Part shown: positions 58,335-64,000 of the stretch, piece by piece | Layout of the letters: the number at the start of each line of letters is the position of its first letter | How positions within the stretch are numbered: the first letter of the stretch is position 1 | From: Gemmatimonadota bacterium | Lineage (GTDB): Bacteria > Gemmatimonadota > Gemmatimonadetes > Gemmatimonadales > GWC2-71-9 | DNA: 64,000 nt | Direction: 5' to 3' | Assembly: GCA_036679605.1 (NCBI GenBank) | Contig: JAZDCZ010000398.1 | Coordinates: 88,141 to 152,140, forward strand | Notes under the pieces: model-generated | Databases searched by the model: none | What the model saw: only the letters and a program-made list of their open reading frames with translations | What the model was told of the DNA's origin: nothing | Made by a program: the position numbers and the translations under genes

Positions 58335-59284
58335 GCGACGAAATCAATCATCGACTGTCTGCCGAAGGCGCAGACCTGTTGACGCTTGCCGGTGTCAACG
58401 ATCAGAATCTCTTGGAACTTGAACGGGCAACCGGAGTTACTGCGTCGATGCGTGGTGACACGGTTACGCTGAACGGAGGCATGGACAACGTTGAGAACGC
58501 CACCCGCATAGCAAATGCAATGATCGATCTGGCGAGGATGGGCGAGCCGCTTACACCCGAGGACGTTCGCCGGTTGGCCAATGAGGATGGTTCCGGTGCG
58601 GAACGCAGCGTCAACGGTGACTTGAAAATCGTTCTGCCCGGAACCCGTAGAATCATTCAGCCGCGGACCGCCGGTCAGCGCACTTACGTGCAGGCCATGA
58701 GAGACAACGACATCGTGGTCGGGATCGGTCCGGCAGGTACGGGCAAGACATACTTGGCTGTGGCGATGGGAGTAGAGGCACTCTCCAGAAAGCGCGTGCA
58801 GCGATTGGTTCTCGCGCGTCCAGCAGTAGAGGCAGGTGAAAGATTGGGTTTCTTGCCGGGAGATCTTCAGGCGAAGGTCGATCCGTATCTGCGGCCACTT
58901 TATGACGCTCTCGAAGTTATGATGCCGCAGGCTAGGGTCCAGAAGGCAATCGAAATGGGGACCATTGAGATAGCTCCGATTGGCTACATGCGAGGTAGAA
59001 CTCTCTCGGACGCTTTCGTAATCATCGATGAGGCGCAGAACGTGACCACCGGTCAGATGAAGATGTGTCTGACTAGACTCGGTCTCAACTCGCGAGCCGT
59101 GATCGCGGGAGACAAGACTCAGGTTGACTTGCCGAGCCGTGAGGAATCAGGACTTGTGGACGTTGAACGCATTCTTCCCGGTATCGAGGGTGTGGCATTT
59201 TGTTATTTAGATGAGCAAGACGTGGTGCGCCACCGGCTGGTTCGAGAGATCATTCATGCGTACAGCGAGAATGGAAACGGATGA
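58331..59284 (+). CDS. PhoH-family ATPase
   Basis: GPAGTGKT, RPAVEAGE.LGFLPG, MRGRT, DEAQN. Confidence 0.95.
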   Translation: MSDEINHRLSAEGADLLTLAGVNDQNLLELERATGVTASMRGDTVTLNGGMDNVENATRIANAMIDLARMGEPLTPEDVRRLANEDGSGAERSVNGDLKIVLPGTRRIIQPRTAGQRTYVQAMRDNDIVVGIGPAGTGKTYLAVAMGVEALSRKRVQRLVLARPAVEAGERLGFLPGDLQAKVDPYLRPLYDALEVMMPQARVQKAIEMGTIEIAPIGYMRGRTLSDAFVIIDEAQNVTTGQMKMCLTRLGLNSRAVIAGDKTQVDLPSREESGLVDVERILPGIEGVAFCYLDEQDVVRHRLVREIIHAYSENGNG

Positions 59285-61488
59285 ACGACCGAGCTAGGCA
59301 GACTTCTTTGGATCTCGAGATAAAAGCTCGTTCAGCGTCCGGCAGTTTGACCTTTCATGCTGTCAGATGGGGTCTCTTGTTGGCTCTTGCACTTCTAACC
59401 TACCTGCTGTTTCCGGTAGCGCGCCGGTTTGAGGTTGTGGACGTGGGTGAGGTGGCACCTTCTGAAGTTATCGCGCCGTTCCAGTTCGTGGTCAGAAAGT
59501 CTACTGAGGAGATAAAGCGTGAGCAGGCGGCCTATGAGGCTACGATCAGGCCAATATATGAATACCGTGGTGAGGTAATCGACACGGCATTGGAGCGCAC
59601 TTCGCTGATTTTCGCGGCGCTCGATTCCGCCGAGGAGTCGGCCGAACTCCTTGCCGCGGCTCAAACGTTGGGCTTGACCCAACTCCAGCTAGAGGAGGCG
59701 GACTTCCTCCTGGAAAGAGGACAGCGCCGGGCGTACGAGAACGCAGTTCGGACTATGATCCGGCGTTATCTGGTGCGGGGTGTACCGGAAGCGGGGTTCG
59801 AGGTTTCAGAGCAGAGCCGAGAAATCCTAGTCAGAAGGGGTGATACCGAGAGGGTCATGATGCGTGACTCGGTAACTACGTTTGAGCGGTTTTTGACCAG
59901 CCGTTTATCGGTACATCCGGACCCAAACTCGCAGGTCGGCGATCAGATCTTGGTAACCCTTCTGATGTCAGTCTTCCAGCCCACTCTGATTGCCATGGAG
60001 GCGGAAACGGCTGCTCTACGACAGCAGGTACGGGACGCAGTCGATCCCATTCGGGACACCGTCCAGCGGAACGAGCGCATCATTGACGCGAATGAATTGG
60101 TGACACCCGACGTAAGGGATCGCTTGGCTGCGCTAAGGCAAGCATTGCTGCAACAAGGGCGCACCGAACTTTCGCTGACAGGTACACTGGGTCAGATCCT
60201 CGCGAACGGCCTGCTGCTGGCTCTGCTTTGGGTACTCGTAATGCTCTTTCTGCCGGGAACGTATGCTTCACTGAAGCGCATGCTCGTACTTGCCTTGTTG
60301 TTGGGGTTGGTGATAGGAGGATCGGCAGCCAATGTTGCGTTCTTGCCAGGCAGTGCACCCGAATTGATTCCGGTTCCGTTTGCAGCAATGTTGATCACGA
60401 TTCTGTTTGGCGGCAGAATCGCGATGGTGTCGGCAATGGTGCTCGCCGTCCTCTTGGGATCGCAGGCGGTGTATGGGGGCGGAGACGCACTGTTCATTCC
60501 TTTGGTGGGTGGTGTGGCGGCGGCGCTGAGCGTGCGTACGATTCGACGCCGCAATCAGTTGCTTCTCTCGGTCGTTGTGGTAACGTCGGCGTTTTGGTTG
60601 GCGGGTCTGACGACAGGATTGCGATTGGAGTCCTCGATCGCCGAGATGGGCAGAACGGCAGGATTAGGCGGCCTGAATGCGCTGATATCGGTCGCCCTGG
60701 TCACGATAAGCCTGCCGCTCTTCGAGTTCATGGCCGGCGTGACTACCGAACTGACCCTTCTTGAGTTGTCGGATCCGAACCGTCCTCTAATCAGGCGACT
60801 CGCCACCGAAACGCCGGGGACATACGCTCACAGCATCGCTTTAGCCAATCTATGTGAAGCTGCGTGTAACGCGATCGGTGCCAATGGTCTGTTGGCACGT
60901 GTGGGGTGTTATTACCACGACGTGGGAAAGCTGAAGAAGCCTCAGTTCTTCGTAGAGAATCAGACTCCGGGCATGAATCCTCATGACAAACTGAAGCCGG
61001 AAGTGTCGGCTGAGATCATTCGCAATCATGTGCGAGAGGGGATTGCCTTGGCGAACGAGCAGCGATTGCCGGATGTGATCAGGGCCTTCATAGCCGAGCA
61101 TCACGGGACCATGGAAATTACGTATTTCCTCGAGCGGGCGAAGGACCGTGACTCCGACCACGAGGTTGACGGCACCAACTTCCGCTATCCGGGTCCCAAG
61201 CCACAGACGGTGGAAACCGCCGTGGCCATGCTAGGCGATGGGGTGGAAGCCGCGCTCCGGGTTTTGGAAGACACTTCCATGGAAAACATCACAGGTGCCA
61301 TCGACCACTTGATCAGCCAACGAGTCAAGGCGGGGCAGCTCGATGAGGCCCCGTTGACGATGGCGCAGTTGACACAGGTAAGAATCGAGTTCGTTCGGGT
61401 ATACGAGCGGGTCCATCATAGCCGCATCGACTACCCGGCCGGGACCGGTGGTATATCGGCCGAATGGGATGGCAAGTCAGAGACGTGA
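59281..61488 (+). CDS. 7TM-HD (HDIG/PgpH-like) membrane phosphodiesterase
   Basis: Extracytoplasmic domain, multiple TM segments, PGTYAHS, YYHDVGK, EHHGT, RYPGPKP. Confidence 0.9.
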   Translation: MNDRARQTSLDLEIKARSASGSLTFHAVRWGLLLALALLTYLLFPVARRFEVVDVGEVAPSEVIAPFQFVVRKSTEEIKREQAAYEATIRPIYEYRGEVIDTALERTSLIFAALDSAEESAELLAAAQTLGLTQLQLEEADFLLERGQRRAYENAVRTMIRRYLVRGVPEAGFEVSEQSREILVRRGDTERVMMRDSVTTFERFLTSRLSVHPDPNSQVGDQILVTLLMSVFQPTLIAMEAETAALRQQVRDAVDPIRDTVQRNERIIDANELVTPDVRDRLAALRQALLQQGRTELSLTGTLGQILANGLLLALLWVLVMLFLPGTYASLKRMLVLALLLGLVIGGSAANVAFLPGSAPELIPVPFAAMLITILFGGRIAMVSAMVLAVLLGSQAVYGGGDALFIPLVGGVAAALSVRTIRRRNQLLLSVVVVTSAFWLAGLTTGLRLESSIAEMGRTAGLGGLNALISVALVTISLPLFEFMAGVTTELTLLELSDPNRPLIRRLATETPGTYAHSIALANLCEAACNAIGANGLLARVGCYYHDVGKLKKPQFFVENQTPGMNPHDKLKPEVSAEIIRNHVREGIALANEQRLPDVIRAFIAEHHGTMEITYFLERAKDRDSDHEVDGTNFRYPGPKPQTVETAVAMLGDGVEAALRVLEDTSMENITGAIDHLISQRVKAGQLDEAPLTMAQLTQVRIEFVRVYERVHHSRIDYPAGTGGISAEWDGKSET

Positions 61489-61915
61489 GATCAGGGTCGA
61501 ATCGGCAGGTAAGGTTGACACTTTGCCCACGGCGCAGGTGCGCCGAGCCGTGTGCACCGTTCTGGATGAGGAGCGGGTTGGTTCGGCGGACATAAGCGTG
61601 ACGTTCCTATCCGGGCAGCGCATGCGCGGACTCAACCGGCGAACCTTCGAACGAGATTGTGCAACAGATGTCATCGCGTTCGCACTGCCGCATCCGGGAC
61701 GGGTAGTCGGCGATGTGTATGTATGTCCGCCGGTGGCAGGTAGAACGGCAAAGGAACTTGCCATCAGCGAGCGCGAGGAATTGCTGCGGCTGGTGGTGCA
61801 TGGAACCCTCCATGTGTTGGGATACGTGCATCCAGATAGCGGTGAGAGGGTGCTTTCACCGATGTGGCGTCTACAAGAGCGGTACGTCCGTAAGTTGAGA
61901 GGGAGGAGGAAGTGA
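61448..61915 (+). CDS. ybeY: rRNA maturation RNase YbeY
   Basis: TDVIAF, HGTLHVLGYVH. Confidence 0.92.
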   Translation: MVYRPNGMASQRREIRVESAGKVDTLPTAQVRRAVCTVLDEERVGSADISVTFLSGQRMRGLNRRTFERDCATDVIAFALPHPGRVVGDVYVCPPVAGRTAKELAISEREELLRLVVHGTLHVLGYVHPDSGERVLSPMWRLQERYVRKLRGRRK

Positions 61916-63108
61916 CCGCGCTGGAGTTGACGTCTCGACTGATCGCGATAGGAGCTGCGCTGTGGGCTGGCCTATTGGTGATGGCCCAGGAGGTCTCCAC
62001 TCATCGCACCATCGGCGATCCCCCAAGTTCGGCCGGCAGTTCGGTTCCTGCAGACCGGGCGATTAGAGTCAGCAGGTTGGCGCTCATGGTTCTCGCCGGC
62101 ACTGCAGGTGCCGAAGTGGTCGGGTGGTGGTATCGCCCCGGGTTCGAAGGAATGATCCGCGCGGCAATTGTGTTGGCGCTGCTCTATCTTTGCGGCGAAG
62201 CGATCCCACGTGGGATAGCAGTCCTGGCTCCCAGATTTGCTGAAGCGGCGGCAGGGCCGGCTCGCCGTACGCTCGCTCCATTTGCTCCTCTGCTGGCATT
62301 GATTACTCGCGCTGAATCCGCGATCACCGCGCTCATGCCGACTGCACCAGAGAGCGACGGAAAGTTCGGTCAGGCGCATAGAGACATGTTGCAGGGGATT
62401 TTCTCGCTGAATGAGACCACCGTCTCCGAAGCTATGACTCCTAGGTTGGATATCGTGGCGCTCGAAGCTGCAGCGTCATGGCGTGAAGTTGTTGAGTTTC
62501 TGAGCCGCAGTGATCACGCACGAATTCCCGTTTACGACGAGGACTTGGACAGTATCGAGGGAATTATCTACGCGAAGGACATCACGCCCGCCGTTAACGG
62601 TACTGAGACGCCCCCGGAAAGATGGCAAGATCTGATTCGGCCTGCGCAGTTCGTTCCGGAGTCCAAGTCTCTCACGGCTCAGTTGCGAGATTTTCAACGT
62701 GGCTCCAGCCGATTGGCGATCATTGTTGATGAATTCGGTGGAACATCGGGACTGATTACTCGGGAGGATGTCATAGAGGAGGTCGTCGGCGAGATTCACG
62801 GTGAGTACGATGGTCAAGAAGAACCTATTCAGCGCGAGGGCGATGACCGATTTTGGGTGGCTGGGAGCGTCGCACTCGACGAGCTTTCTGCGTTGCTCGG
62901 CGTGCTGACCGAACGAGAGGATGTGACTACTGTCGGCGGACTGGTGTACTCCGAACTCGGGCGCGTACCAAAGCCGGGTCAGGAATTACACATCAGTGGG
63001 TTTCGGGTGGTGGTGGAGCAAGTGATTCGACGACGAATCATGCGGGTGTACTTCGAGAGGATTGGTGCCGCCGCCAACGTCGAGACCGGGGAGGAGCAAG
63101 CGGAGTGA
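61912..63108 (+). CDS. CNNM/hemolysin-family CBS + CorC protein
   Basis: MTPR, RIPVY, VDEFGGTSGL, C-terminal CorC domain. Confidence 0.9.
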   Translation: MTALELTSRLIAIGAALWAGLLVMAQEVSTHRTIGDPPSSAGSSVPADRAIRVSRLALMVLAGTAGAEVVGWWYRPGFEGMIRAAIVLALLYLCGEAIPRGIAVLAPRFAEAAAGPARRTLAPFAPLLALITRAESAITALMPTAPESDGKFGQAHRDMLQGIFSLNETTVSEAMTPRLDIVALEAAASWREVVEFLSRSDHARIPVYDEDLDSIEGIIYAKDITPAVNGTETPPERWQDLIRPAQFVPESKSLTAQLRDFQRGSSRLAIIVDEFGGTSGLITREDVIEEVVGEIHGEYDGQEEPIQREGDDRFWVAGSVALDELSALLGVLTEREDVTTVGGLVYSELGRVPKPGQELHISGFRVVVEQVIRRRIMRVYFERIGAAANVETGEEQAE

Positions 63109-64000
63109 TGGGTTGGATCTTGCTGCTGTTCGGGACAGCGCTTGCGGTGGCAGGAATGACGGCTGCCGTGGGTTCGGCGGTCGCGAACCGCATGGAGTTG
63201 TACCGTTGGATCACGACAAGCGCCCGCGGGTGCCGCGGTGCGCACGCCCTGGTGGCGGCGCCGGAACGAATTGTGGATGCGGCAGAGGGGATCGCCGTTC
63301 TGGGAGTTCTCGTGGCTTCTGTCGGTTTCAGAACTGTCCTGTCCGATGGGCGCCCCGGAGTTCTGTTGATGGCTGTTCTAGTAGTAGCTGTCCCAGTCTT
63401 CTTGATAATTGTTTATTCCTTGCCGCGCGCGGTTGGTAGGAGATGGGCGGAGGCCGTGGTGCGCTGGTTGGTTCCGTGGGTCGATCGTTTCGCCATACTA
63501 TTGGCACCGATCACGCCGTCACCACGGGGCTCTCGTTCCAATGGCGCAGCTGCAAGCGCGACTAATGGCGGTCACGGGCAGATTCTCGATACAAAGGAAA
63601 TAAACGTAGTGTCCGGTGTGCTTGCTTTCACAGAGCGGCCCGTGCGTGAGGTTATGACACCACGCACTGAGATCAAAGCCGTGAGCTTAGGCACGAGCCT
63701 CGATGACATAGGCCGGATCTTTGCTGAGTCGGGACACTCGAGGATCCCAGTTTACCAAGATTCGTTGGACAACATCGTGGGGATGTATTACGCGTTTGAC
63801 TTACTGAAACTAGCTCCCGGCTCGGAGTTGCAAGTAAGGGATGTGACTATGACACCGGGCTCGAACCGCTGTGCAGATCTGCTATTCGAGATGCAGCGGG
63901 ACCGGCACCAAATGTCGGTAGTGTTGGATGAGTATGGCGGCACTGCCGGCATCGCAACCTTCGAGGATCTGTTGGTGGAGCTAGTAGAGGAAACGGTGGA
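63108..64000 (+). CDS. Second CNNM/CBS-domain protein (3'-partial, absent from the ORF track)
   Basis: ATG at 63108 (MGWILLLFG...), open to the window end; VREVMTPR, GHSRIPVY, VLDEYGGTAG. Confidence 0.88.
   Translation, partial: MGWILLLFGTALAVAGMTAAVGSAVANRMELYRWITTSARGCRGAHALVAAPERIVDAAEGIAVLGVLVASVGFRTVLSDGRPGVLLMAVLVVAVPVFLIIVYSLPRAVGRRWAEAVVRWLVPWVDRFAILLAPITPSPRGSRSNGAAASATNGGHGQILDTKEINVVSGVLAFTERPVREVMTPRTEIKAVSLGTSLDDIGRIFAESGHSRIPVYQDSLDNIVGMYYAFDLLKLAPGSELQVRDVTMTPGSNRCADLLFEMQRDRHQMSVVLDEYGGTAGIATFEDLLVELVEETV

Overview
This is a bacterial chromosome segment, probably Gemmatimonadota (inferred from gene order and protein style, not verified). It has four parts. (1) 1-8.7 kb is an accessory array of three Rhs core fragments. 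Each ends in a different C-terminal domain (JAB-like, HExxH metallopeptidase, M23 peptidase) and is followed by a predicted lipoprotein; an IS6-family element closes the array. (2) 8.8-20.7 kb holds core genes (accD, folC, hisS, proS, lysA, guaA, PTS IIA, dusB, GGDEF), an RHH-MNT/HEPN toxin-antitoxin pair and tmRNA. (3) 20.7-28.3 kb is an integrase-less island bounded by a 25-bp duplication of the tmRNA 3' end. It carries a BTAD-TM-TPR regulator, an RCC1-repeat lipoprotein with a duplicated leader, another lipoprotein and hipBA, and is followed by a type III Mod-like stub and a DnaA-box cluster. (4) 28.7-64 kb is housekeeping: ppdK, pur/psd/pssA, fsa, truA, a trp cluster interrupted by lexA and HEAT/HD-GYP genes, an MCP, fol/pan genes, rlmN, aspS, phoH, ybeY and CBS proteins. 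The most notable observations are an in-frame deletion of the conserved LRPExT segment in hisS, a candidate direct-repeat LexA box (CCGAA-N6-CCGAA, two copies), a 124-bp palindromic element inside Rhs module 3, TonB-box-like leaders on the Rhs C-termini, and the duplicated lipoprotein leader in the tmRNA island. All calls come from reading motifs by eye; no database searches were run.
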